Made by a program: the position numbers and the translations under genes. A DNA stretch of 61,793 bases, filler included. It is 6 parts of 6 records of this genome, joined end to end, with 100 filler letters (N's around TTAATTAATTAA, not from the genome) between each part and the next. Parts side by side here need not be neighbours in the genome. Positions count along the whole stretch, not along the records: positions 23,284 to 43,592 come from DRR723986_22882; 5 more parts are not named here. One strand, given 5' to 3'. Numbering within the stretch: position 1 is the stretch's first letter; each line of letters starts with the position of its first letter. Below the pieces are notes generated by a model. The model searched no databases, was not told the origin of the DNA, and worked only from the letters and a program-made list of their open reading frames with translations. Positions 29,723 through 39,033 of the stretch are shown piece by piece.

Positions 29723-31183
29723 ATGCGCAAACCAAAGAAAAATTCCGAGGGACAAACCCGAAGGGATTTTATCAAAAATGCAGCAATTGCATCTTCTTTT
29801 ATGATTGTTCCCCGACACGTATTAGGCGGTGTAGGATTTATTTCCCCTAGTGATCAATTGAATCTAGCTGCTATTGGAGCTGGTGGAAAAGGAGCCAGTG
29901 ACATCAGAAATGCCTCAGTGAATGGGCGAGAACGAGTAACTGCACTATGTGATGTTGATTTTTCCGGTTCTGCCAAAGCTTCTGTAGAAAGATTCCCAGA
30001 CGCAAAACTTTATGCGGATTTCCGCAAAATGCTGGACACAGAAAAGGATATAGATGCAGTGACAATTTCCACCCCAGATCATGTCCATGGTCCTGCTGCT
30101 AAATACGCAATGGAGCGCGGTAAGCATGTATATGTGCAGAAACCAATGACACATAACATCAAAGAAGCAAGAATGCTTACCGAAATGGCGAGAAGTCAAA
30201 AGGTAGTAACTCAGATGGGAAATCAAGGTGGTTCAAATGAGCTTTTGAAACTTGTCCAGAAATGGGTAGATGACGATAAAATCGGTAAAATCTCCAAAGT
30301 GGAAGTTTGGACAAACAGACCAGTTTGGCCTCAAGGCGGTGCTTTCCCTAAGCCTAATCCTAGTGCTAAACCAGACGCTTTAAACTGGGATCTGTGGCTA
30401 GGCCCATCACCGGAGATTCCTTATACTCCAGGACTTCATCCGTTCAGTTGGAGAGGCTGGTGGAATTATGGTACTGGGGCGCTAGGCGATGTAGGATGTC
30501 ACTTGATCGATATCCCATTTAGAACCTTGGGATTACACTATCCAACCGATGCAGAATGTAGTGTAGGGTCTGTTTACAGTGGAATGTGGACGCCAGATTA
30601 TCATCCTGACGGCTGCCCGGCCTCTTCTTTTATTTCTTTGAATTTTGCGGCAACTCCGAAAAGCAAGTCACCTATCAACATGACTTGGATGGATGGCGGT
30701 ATCAAACCAGCACATCCTGATATTATCCCTGCAGACCAGGAAATCGGCGGTGGTGCTAACGGCGTGCTGATTATAGGTGAAAAAGGAATAATCGCTACTA
30801 ACATCAATGATTCATCTCCTTTGATGCCAAAACTCTATCTGAATGACGGCACTCAGGAGTTTGGCCCTCAAACGGAAGAAAATATTGAACCAGAGTACGG
30901 ACATCAACGAAAATGGGTTGATGCATGTAAAGCAGGTTTCGGTAGCAAGGAGCACAAAGGCTTGACATCTTCATTCGACTATGCCGGACCTATGACTGAA
31001 ACTGTATTAATGGGTAACCTAGCCATCCGAAGCTATATGCTTCGCAGAGAAAACTCCAAAGGTCAAATGGAATTTTATGGTAGAAAGAAATTACTTTGGG
31101 ACGGAGATAAACTCTTGATCACCAACTTTGATGAAGCCAATCAATTTGTTGGAAGGACCTACAGAGAAGGCTGGGAAATGTAA
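29723..31183 (+). CDS. Gfo/Idh/MocA oxidoreductase with Tat signal
   Basis: TRRDFIK, STPDHVH, YVQKPM, WDLWLGP, GALGDVGCH. Confidence 0.92.
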   Translation: MRKPKKNSEGQTRRDFIKNAAIASSFMIVPRHVLGGVGFISPSDQLNLAAIGAGGKGASDIRNASVNGRERVTALCDVDFSGSAKASVERFPDAKLYADFRKMLDTEKDIDAVTISTPDHVHGPAAKYAMERGKHVYVQKPMTHNIKEARMLTEMARSQKVVTQMGNQGGSNELLKLVQKWVDDDKIGKISKVEVWTNRPVWPQGGAFPKPNPSAKPDALNWDLWLGPSPEIPYTPGLHPFSWRGWWNYGTGALGDVGCHLIDIPFRTLGLHYPTDAECSVGSVYSGMWTPDYHPDGCPASSFISLNFAATPKSKSPINMTWMDGGIKPAHPDIIPADQEIGGGANGVLIIGEKGIIATNINDSSPLMPKLYLNDGTQEFGPQTEENIEPEYGHQRKWVDACKAGFGSKEHKGLTSSFDYAGPMTETVLMGNLAIRSYMLRRENSKGQMEFYGRKKLLWDGDKLLITNFDEANQFVGRTYREGWEM

Positions 31184-31205
31184 TTTTTCCCTAAAAATGA
31201 ATCAT

Positions 31206-31242
31206 TCGAAACCCGTTCAAGTTGACATTGGACGGGTTTCGA
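31206..31242 (+). terminator. Putative terminator hairpin
   Basis: TCGAAACCCGTTCAA..TTGGACGGGTTTCGA. Confidence 0.6.
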
Positions 31243-31487
31243 TATTTAAATGAATATACCAACACACCCTGTCCAAGAATTAGCCTAATTCAGCATACTA
31301 AATTTTCTTTCGTCAAGTGAATTTTAAGTTTATGGTGGAGCAGGAAATAGAATTTTTATGGCCTAAAACCAAAAAATATTCTGTAAATAAGTATTAAAAA
31401 AAATTGGATTTTATCCATAAATACTTTGCTTAGTTTTTTTTTAAACGACAAGCATTCTTAGATTGGCAGGAATTAAATAATTGATAA

Positions 31488-31721
31488 ATGGCACAAATGA
31501 TTAAAAAGGGGAAAGAGCTAATTCGTATCTGCCCAACCAACACGCTTAAAATTGAATACTCTGTAGATGAGGGTGAAACTTGGGCTCTACGTTACATGGG
31601 AAATCCGGCAAGTCCAGGAGAATTTTCAGAATTAGCTGATGGTGGTAAAGAATTGCTAGCAGAAGGGCCTAAAGGAAGTTTTTATTCTAAAAATAAAGGC
31701 AAATCCTGGCACAAAAAATAG
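31488..31721 (+). CDS. Small protein with two Asp-box repeats
   Basis: YSVDEGETW and YSKNKGKSW, with duplicated GKEL. Confidence 0.75.
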   Translation: MAQMIKKGKELIRICPTNTLKIEYSVDEGETWALRYMGNPASPGEFSELADGGKELLAEGPKGSFYSKNKGKSWHKK

Positions 31722-31820
31722 TGGACTAGCAAGGGTATCGTTTATCCAAAAATTAATAGTTTCTGATAAAAATTTAAACTTTCCCTACTACCCCAAGTCT
31801 AACAAGAAAATCTTTTAGCC

Positions 31821-32330
31821 ATGTTAAAAAAAGTCGGAATTGTTCTCTTAGTTATTCTAGTAGCCATTCAGTTTATCCCTTATGAAAAAAATGAGGGTTC
31901 TCCAGCAGTAGCCCCGTTATCGGGTAGCTATAATGTTCCGGACAATGTCGATAAGTTATTGGTGAATGCTTGTAACAATTGCCACACAAATAAATCGGAA
32001 TACCCTTGGTATGCGAAAATAGAACCTGTCGGGTATTGGCTAAACCATCATATAGAAGATGGCAAAAGACATCTAAATTTTGACGAATTCACCAATCGCC
32101 CACTGGCTTATCAGAATCATAAGTTGGAAGAAACGATTGAAATGGTTGAAGAGAAGGAGATGCCTTTGGAATCTTATACCTATTTCGGACTACATCCTGA
32201 AGCTAATCTGTCGGATGCAGATAGAAAGGTGATTATCGATTGGGCAAAGGATCAGATGGCATATCTGAAAGCCACCTATCCAGCGGATAGCTTGGTAATG
32301 AAGAGAAGAAGTCCTCCTCCAGCGCAGTAG
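31821..32330 (+). CDS. Haem-binding (Haem_bd) cytochrome c domain protein
   Basis: N-terminal membrane anchor, CNNCH, YPWY, MPLESY. Confidence 0.88.
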   Translation: MLKKVGIVLLVILVAIQFIPYEKNEGSPAVAPLSGSYNVPDNVDKLLVNACNNCHTNKSEYPWYAKIEPVGYWLNHHIEDGKRHLNFDEFTNRPLAYQNHKLEETIEMVEEKEMPLESYTYFGLHPEANLSDADRKVIIDWAKDQMAYLKATYPADSLVMKRRSPPPAQ

Positions 32331-32364
32331 AAGTTTTAATCGTTTAGGATTCTAACTCGTAAAT

Positions 32365-32405
32365 AAAAAAAACAGGCTCAGATAACTCTGAGCCTGTTTT
32401 TTTTT
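32365..32405. terminator. Bidirectional terminator
   Basis: A-run-CAGGCTCAGA-TAAC-TCTGAGCCTG-T-run. Confidence 0.88.
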
Positions 32406-32418
32406 AGGAAGTATTCTC

Positions 32419-33177
32419 CTAATCTACAGCCCCATCCTTTTTATAAAAGGAGGACTCTTTACTGTCTTTTGATAAAGAAATATTGGTGAAATTGACTCTA
32501 TTTCGTTCTCCAACTATTTCTCCGTCCTCGAGCTTTTGCCATGCAATAGAAGTCGGTAAGCTTACCCCATTTACTTCAGCCCATTCATCGTACCTAATCC
32601 AGCTTGGAGGGCCTGGCTTCAGTTCTTCCCCAAAAGTCGCTTTATATCCCAACCAAGCCATTTTCTTGGTTTCTGGATGGTAATGCAGCAAGTAAATATC
32701 TTCCGGGGCCTCACCCACATTGGCTTGGTAGGTGATTTTCACTCCAGGATAGTTTATTCCTTCATAAACCATCGGCTCAGCTGTTTCATAATTGATCCCT
32801 TCGTCAGCAAGAACAAAAGGCATGGCGTAAAAATAAAACATCAGATCATGCCTGAAAGAGGGATCTCCCTTATATTCTTCAGCCTTATTCAATGACCAAG
32901 CAGAAACTCCGTCAAAACCTATGTCATAAGCCGGCGCCACTACTCTATCCATTCTAGAATGTAGATCTATCGTATGCACTTCATCAAAGCCTTCCTTTGG
33001 AATAGAAAACGACAAGGTTTTCATTTGATCCCAATTCTCTATGCCACCATGCGCTTCCAATACATCCCACAATTCCTGCGGGATACGTTGTTTTTTTAGA
33101 TCGTACTGCTTTTCATCTTGAGCATCACAAGCTGACAAACCAAATAGTAATAAACTAACAAGGATAAAATTCTTCAT
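32419..33177 (-). CDS. Lipoprotein, DUF6503-like
   Basis: Lipobox LSAC; EAHGGIENW; FYFYAMPFVLAD. Confidence 0.72.
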   Translation of the reverse strand: MKNFILVSLLLFGLSACDAQDEKQYDLKKQRIPQELWDVLEAHGGIENWDQMKTLSFSIPKEGFDEVHTIDLHSRMDRVVAPAYDIGFDGVSAWSLNKAEEYKGDPSFRHDLMFYFYAMPFVLADEGINYETAEPMVYEGINYPGVKITYQANVGEAPEDIYLLHYHPETKKMAWLGYKATFGEELKPGPPSWIRYDEWAEVNGVSLPTSIAWQKLEDGEIVGERNRVNFTNISLSKDSKESSFYKKDGAVD

Positions 33178-33386
33178 AAGAGTAAAAGTGCCGGAAAATG
33201 ATTTACTGAACAACATTAACCATGGCATTATTCGTCGTCAAGCATACAAAAGATTACTATCTAGCTTTTTCAATCCCACATTTACAAACTTTACTTTCAG
33301 TGGTTATTTAAGCAAAAACTAGCTGAACCAATAACTATCTTAGGATTAATGCCTATTCTTTACGCAGTATCTCCTATTTTTAAAAC

Positions 33387-34388
33387 ATGAGCAAAATCCA
33401 AGATAACGAAGTCAAATGGGGAATTTTAGGCGTAGGAAATGTCTGTGAAGTCAAATCTGCACCTGCCATGAACCTCATTCCAAATAGTAAAATAGTCGCG
33501 GTGATGCGCCGCTCTGAGGAAAAAGTAAAAGACTACGCCAAAAGACATGGAGTAGGTAAATGGTACACTTCCGCTCTGGATCTCATTAATGATCCTGAGG
33601 TGAATGCGATTTACATTGCTACACCTCCCAATGCACACCTAGAATTAGCCACTCTCGCGGCCAAAGCTGGCAAACCCGTGTATGTGGAAAAGCCGATGGC
33701 AAGAACTCATCTGGAATGCCTGGAAATGATCGAGGTGTGTAAGCAAGCAAAGGTCCCACTATACATCGCTTATTACAGACGAGAACTTCCGCACTTCCTG
33801 AAAATCAAAGAATTGATGGATGCTGGAGTTTTGGGTGAAATTCGTACAGTACATATCAATCTCAAACAAAAGCTGGACGCGAGTTTAATAACCAAAGTTG
33901 AGACCAACTGGCGCGTTGATCCAGAGCTAGCCGGAGGTGGATATTTCTTTGACCTTGCCTCTCATCAATTAGACTTGCTGGACTTTTTCTTCGGAAAAAT
34001 CACCCATGCGAATGGATTTGCATCCAATCAGGCAAAAACCTACGCAGCCGAAGACATTGTGACAGGTAATTTTGTTTTTGAAAGTGGGGTTTTAGGATCC
34101 GGAAACTGGTGTTTTACCACATCCGAAAATGCAGAATTAGACCAAACCATCATTTACGGTAGCAAAGGCAAAATCAGCTTTGAGACCTTCGGCAAAGGAG
34201 AGTTCATTCTGGAAACTGATGAAAAAGGTCTTGAGAAATTCTCCTTCGAACTACCAAAACATATACAGCAACCCTTGATCAAAACTATTGTTGGCGATTT
34301 ATTAGGCACCGAAATATGCAACAGCACTGGTGAAAGTGGAGCCAGATCAAACTGGGTAATGGATCAGTTGGTGAAGGAAAGAATATAA
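33387..34388 (+). CDS. Gfo/Idh/MocA oxidoreductase
   Basis: WGILGVG, YIATPP, YVEKPM, DLASH. Confidence 0.92.
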   Translation: MSKIQDNEVKWGILGVGNVCEVKSAPAMNLIPNSKIVAVMRRSEEKVKDYAKRHGVGKWYTSALDLINDPEVNAIYIATPPNAHLELATLAAKAGKPVYVEKPMARTHLECLEMIEVCKQAKVPLYIAYYRRELPHFLKIKELMDAGVLGEIRTVHINLKQKLDASLITKVETNWRVDPELAGGGYFFDLASHQLDLLDFFFGKITHANGFASNQAKTYAAEDIVTGNFVFESGVLGSGNWCFTTSENAELDQTIIYGSKGKISFETFGKGEFILETDEKGLEKFSFELPKHIQQPLIKTIVGDLLGTEICNSTGESGARSNWVMDQLVKERI

Positions 34389-34651
34389 TACATTTAAGCT
34401 GTTCAGTTAATGTCTTAGCCTCATCTCATGTCTCACTAACCAAAAAAACACCCTCGCTTTGCATTTCAGCCTCCACCTTTGTCACGAATCGAAACAGTCT
34501 GCCTATTCGAGAGGCCAAAAATAGCAGCATTAAAAATTAATTTTCTCGAGATTATTTCCACTCTTCCGAATTTTCTTAACGCTTAGATAGTTTACTCTAG
34601 CATGTAGCACTTCGCTACTTTTCAACTATTCATTTTTAATCATCACAAACA

Positions 34652-35446
34652 ATGGATTTAAAATTAGAAGACAAAAAAGCATTCATCAGTGGATCTACAG
34701 CAGGAATTGGTTTTGCTATCGCAAAGAGATTCTTGGTAGAAGGTGCTACTGTCATCATCAACGGAAGATCTCAGGAAAGTATAGATAAAGCCATCTCAGA
34801 ACTGAAAGAAGAAACTGGATCGGATAAAGTCACAGGGATACCAGCTGATTTCTCTAAAGTTGCAGAAGTTGATAGTTTGCTCCAAGCCCTACCGGAAGTA
34901 GACATCTTAATCAACAATGCAGGGATCTTTGAGCCAAAGGCATTTGCGGATATTCCTGACGAGGACTGGTTTCGATTCTTCGAAATGAATGTCATGAGCG
35001 GAATCCGTCTTTCCCGACAGTATTTTCCAAAAATGCTTACAAAAAATTGGGGTAGAATCATCTTTATATCCAGCGAGTCGGGAGTTTTCATCCCAGACGA
35101 AATGATCCATTACGGAATGACCAAAACCGCCCAATTGGCTGTATCAAGAGGTTTGGCAGAACTGACTAAAGGTTCAAATGTCACCGTAAATACAATAATG
35201 CCTGGCCCTACCAAATCAAAAGGAGTGGGTAAATTCCTCGAAGACATGTCAAAATCAAGTGGTAAATCCGTAGCAAAGGTTGAAGAAGAATTCTTCCAGG
35301 ATATGAGACCAACTTCCTTGATTCAGCGCTTTGCTTCTGTGGATGAAGTGGCGGATACCGTAGTGTATTACTCCAGTCCATTGGCTTCGGCGACGAACGG
35401 TGCAGCCATACGGGTAGAAGGCGGACTCGTAAAGTCAATTCTGTAA
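34652..35446 (+). CDS. SDR oxidoreductase
   Basis: SGSTAGIG, NNAG, YGMTK. Confidence 0.93.
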   Translation: MDLKLEDKKAFISGSTAGIGFAIAKRFLVEGATVIINGRSQESIDKAISELKEETGSDKVTGIPADFSKVAEVDSLLQALPEVDILINNAGIFEPKAFADIPDEDWFRFFEMNVMSGIRLSRQYFPKMLTKNWGRIIFISSESGVFIPDEMIHYGMTKTAQLAVSRGLAELTKGSNVTVNTIMPGPTKSKGVGKFLEDMSKSSGKSVAKVEEEFFQDMRPTSLIQRFASVDEVADTVVYYSSPLASATNGAAIRVEGGLVKSIL

Positions 35447-35506
35447 AGATTCGCACTTCTGATACTAATGGAGTAACATTTCCATTCTTACAGAAAATCA
35501 ATTCAG

Positions 35507-35537
35507 AAGCCCTGTTTCACGTAGAGACAGGGCTTTT
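35507..35537 (+). terminator. Intrinsic terminator
   Basis: AAGCCCTGTTTC..GAGACAGGGCTTTT. Confidence 0.7.
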
Positions 35538-35585
35538 CCATTTTATCAACCGCACGAAGGGTTGAGTACAAAGAGCATGGGTACT

Positions 35586-35878
35586 ACAGCTCCTAAGGAG
35601 CGAAACAATTCATGACCCTGTACGAAGTGCAGGGAAGCGATTTAGTTATTATCCTGAAGCTCTGAAGGTGCGAAACTCCAGAGTTATCCTGCTTCTCCAG
35701 AAGCTGGACTTTGACTGATTCAAATTTCACAATTGCCCCATCGGAGCAAACTCTTGGTAGCTAAATAAGGTCTAGCAATAATTGCTGTGCCTTTGGGTAC
35801 AGGACATTAGGCGCAAGTCTGAAGGCTTTAGCAAAAATGCATCAAAGTAGAATTGTCAGGCTGAGCGAAGTCGAAGCC
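35586..35878. repeat. Cluster of Bacteroidota REP-like palindromes
   Basis: AGCTCCTAAGGAGCGAAAC, AGCTCTGAAGGTGCGAAAC, GCCCCATCGGAGCAAAC, GTCAGGCTGAGCGAAGTCGAAGCC (35855-35878). Confidence 0.6.
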
Positions 35879-36027
35879 CAACAAAATTTCTAACATCTTC
35901 CCCCATTCATCAAATCAACCCACAAACAGGATAGGTTTACTCAACAAAACCACTATTTTTCAATTGTAAGATAAGTAAGCTCCTAATCCTGAGCACTTAT
36001 TGTTAAATTCTTATTTAGAGGACTGCA

Positions 36028-38508
36028 TTGAAAAATCAATCTCAAACCCATTATTCACCTCCATTATTCCTCCTTCTCATAGGAGGTTCACTTTTTATTA
36101 ATTTTTCAGCATTTGGACAGACTGAAGTAGTAGAAGAACCTGCTTTTTGGCTTTGGCAATTCCTAGGTAGGCTTCATCCTCTGATCGTCCATTTCCCTAT
36201 CGCGCTGATAGTGGTAGCGGCTTTGATGGAGCTCTTCACCTTCGGGAAATTTAATTCCAAGATCAGGCCTGGAATTCTGATTTTAACGGTTATTGGCGCC
36301 GTTAGTGCAATTATAGCTGCTCCCATGGGTTTGCTTTTGGCAACAAATGAAGGGACATCCGGCGAACTTTTGGATCTGCACCAATGGATAGGAATTGGAA
36401 CCGCGATTCTGAGTCTTGTTACAATATTCTTCCTATCCAAAATCAGAACCAACCCCAACCCTACTCAGATAATAGCCTTTAGAGCAACACTTTTTTTAAC
36501 TGCCATATCCGTATCAGTTGCTGGACATTTTGGAGGTTCACTTACACACGGGGAGGATTTCCTTACCGAGGTTTTGCCTAGCGACAAAGAGGATGATTCA
36601 GAAATAGAAAAAGCTCCGATCAACCTTGCTTCCTACAACACAGAACTAACTCCTGACAAAGAGATGAAACTCATCGGGGAAGTTCGGATGGTCTTGGCGC
36701 ATAATTGTTACAAATGTCACAGCGGAGCAAAGATCGAAGGAGAATTACGCTTGGATGAAAAAGAGTTTGTCTTTGCCGGAGGCGAAAATGGCCAAATTCT
36801 AATCCCTGGAAATCCCGGGGAAAGTGAGATCATCCGCAGAATTAACCTCCGCAAGAATCACAAGGAGGTGATGCCTTCCAAAGGTAAACTACTCAGCAAA
36901 GACGAACGAGATTTGATTGCGCTTTGGATTGCCAAAGGTGCACCTTGGCCAGATGGAGCTGCACAACAGTCCGTTTATCGCGTTGCGGAACTGGCTCCGA
37001 GAAATCCTACCCTACCCGCTTACAAAACTGGATTGCAAAATCCAATTGATCTCTGGGTGGATCAATATTTCCAGGCAAACAAGTTGGAATGGAAAGGCGT
37101 AGTGGACGACAAAACTTATCTCCGCAGGATCTATCTAGACATCACCGGAATGATTCCAAGCCCACAAGAACTGGATGATTTCAGATCTGACTCGCGGCCT
37201 GACAAGAGAAGCATCTGGCTACAGGATTTATTAAATCAATCGGATGATTATGCCACGCACTGGCTCACTTTCTGGAATGACGCCTTGCGCAATGACTATA
37301 CGGGAACGGGCTACATCACCAAAGGCCGTTATAATATCACAGACTGGTTATATACTTCATTACGTACTAATAAACCATACGACCAATTCGTGAAGGAATT
37401 GCTCAATCCAACTGAAAAGTCCAAGGGCTTTATTGAGGGAATTAAATGGAGAGGAACCGTGAATGCCAGTCAGCGAACCGAAATGCAGGCTGCACAAAAT
37501 GTGGGGCAGGTGATTTTAGGGTTGAATTTGAAATGCGCCTCCTGTCATGACAGTTTTATCTCTGACTGGAAACTGGAAGAGTCTTATGCTTTTGCCAATA
37601 TTTTCGCAGATTCTACGCTGGAAGTCAGTCGCTGTGAAGTACCTACCGGGAAGATGGCTAAGACCAAAATCCTCTGGGAAGAACTTGGAGATATAGACAG
37701 TGCAGCGAGCAGGGCAGAAAAGCTTAGACAGCTCGCTGATCGATTGGTACAGCCAGCGAATGGAAGAATGTATCGCACGATTGTGAATCGGGTTTGGAAG
37801 CAGCTTATGGGGCGTGGAATCGTAGAGCCCGTCGATGAAATGGACAACGAACCTTGGAGTCAGGATTTACTGGACTGGCTGGCTTCGGATTTCGTGGAAA
37901 ATGGCTATGACCTGAAGGACTTGATTTACCAGATTGCAAGTTCGAAAATCTACCAATCCCAATCCATTGGTTATGAATCCTACGATGAGGTGATGGCCGA
38001 CGATTACAAATTTAGCGGAATGGTACGTAAGCGGATGACAGCCGAGCAGTTTTCTGATGCCGTTAGTGAAATCGTCTATCCTCTTTTCACGGAGGAGGAA
38101 ATCAAGTACAATCCCTTTCAGCTTCAGCAACCTGAATTGGCAACTCCATCCTTTGCGCGAGCATCCCTTGTCGCTAATAATCCTTTCCTAACGGCTTTGG
38201 GAAGACCAAATCGTGAGATTGTATCGACAAGCAGGGAAGCGCAGGGGAGTTTGTTGCAGGCACTGGAACTTACAAATGGAGAGCGCCTGAATACTGCTTT
38301 GCACAAAGGAGCGGAAAAATGGAAGACACAACTCAGCGATCCTGTTCAGATCACGGAAGAATTATACCTGAAGGCACTTAACCGAAAACCAAACGAGAAA
38401 GAACTGGCGATCGCAAAATCGGCTTTAGGCGAAAAACCAGACGCTGCTAAAATCCAGGATTTATTCTGGGCGGTGATACTGTTGCCGGAGTTTCAGATGG
38501 TGGAGTGA
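36028..38508 (+). CDS. DUF2231-like membrane domain + planctomycete-type cytochrome c + DUF1549/DUF1553 protein
   Basis: HPLIVHFPI TM region, CYKCH, YLRRIYLDITG, CASCHD, VNRVWKQLMGRG, LLDWLA; TTG start. Confidence 0.88.
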   Translation: MKNQSQTHYSPPLFLLLIGGSLFINFSAFGQTEVVEEPAFWLWQFLGRLHPLIVHFPIALIVVAALMELFTFGKFNSKIRPGILILTVIGAVSAIIAAPMGLLLATNEGTSGELLDLHQWIGIGTAILSLVTIFFLSKIRTNPNPTQIIAFRATLFLTAISVSVAGHFGGSLTHGEDFLTEVLPSDKEDDSEIEKAPINLASYNTELTPDKEMKLIGEVRMVLAHNCYKCHSGAKIEGELRLDEKEFVFAGGENGQILIPGNPGESEIIRRINLRKNHKEVMPSKGKLLSKDERDLIALWIAKGAPWPDGAAQQSVYRVAELAPRNPTLPAYKTGLQNPIDLWVDQYFQANKLEWKGVVDDKTYLRRIYLDITGMIPSPQELDDFRSDSRPDKRSIWLQDLLNQSDDYATHWLTFWNDALRNDYTGTGYITKGRYNITDWLYTSLRTNKPYDQFVKELLNPTEKSKGFIEGIKWRGTVNASQRTEMQAAQNVGQVILGLNLKCASCHDSFISDWKLEESYAFANIFADSTLEVSRCEVPTGKMAKTKILWEELGDIDSAASRAEKLRQLADRLVQPANGRMYRTIVNRVWKQLMGRGIVEPVDEMDNEPWSQDLLDWLASDFVENGYDLKDLIYQIASSKIYQSQSIGYESYDEVMADDYKFSGMVRKRMTAEQFSDAVSEIVYPLFTEEEIKYNPFQLQQPELATPSFARASLVANNPFLTALGRPNREIVSTSREAQGSLLQALELTNGERLNTALHKGAEKWKTQLSDPVQITEELYLKALNRKPNEKELAIAKSALGEKPDAAKIQDLFWAVILLPEFQMVE

Positions 38509-38509
38509 G

Positions 38510-38975
38510 GGTTGGGTGCCGGATGACCGATGTGGGAAGTTTGGAGGTGGGAAGTTGGTGGTTGGGTGTCGGATGCCGGGTGACCGATGTACGCTAGTAG
38601 TACCGTCATTGCGAGGAGGCACTGCCTGTCCCGATTTATCGGGAAGGAAGCAATCTCCGTTTCAGATGACCTTTGCTTGATGTTAGTGGTCAGTCGCAGT
38701 GATCAGCATTGAGGCACTGGTCAATGACCATTATTTGAGGGGATGATTGAAGTGCAGTTGAGGTATTCTCTCCGCCGCGGCGGAGGGATAGGGGGATTAA
38801 AAAAATACACGGAAGACAGAAGACTGGAGATCCGGAAGCACTAAAGTTGAACGCCCCCTAGGTAGATTATTATAAAATGTCTTCTTTATTGAAATTTAAA
38901 AGTCTAAAACATCATATAGAATGCTCCACACTAAGATAAAGGCTGCTTCGGTCTTCCGTCTCCAGTCTTCGGTCT
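38510..38975. repeat. Heptamer-type tandem and inverted repeats plus nested REP-like elements
   Basis: G-rich quasi-7-mers 38510-38590; GTCATTGCGAGGAGGC..GAAGCAATCTC 38604-38657; CCGCCGCGGCGG near 38772; inverted pair 38810-38840 / 38944-38975. Confidence 0.7.
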
Positions 38976-39033
38976 GGCAAATCAAAGAGAAGAAAAGTGT
39001 GGATCTGAATGAGAATCAAAAGTGACAAAAACC

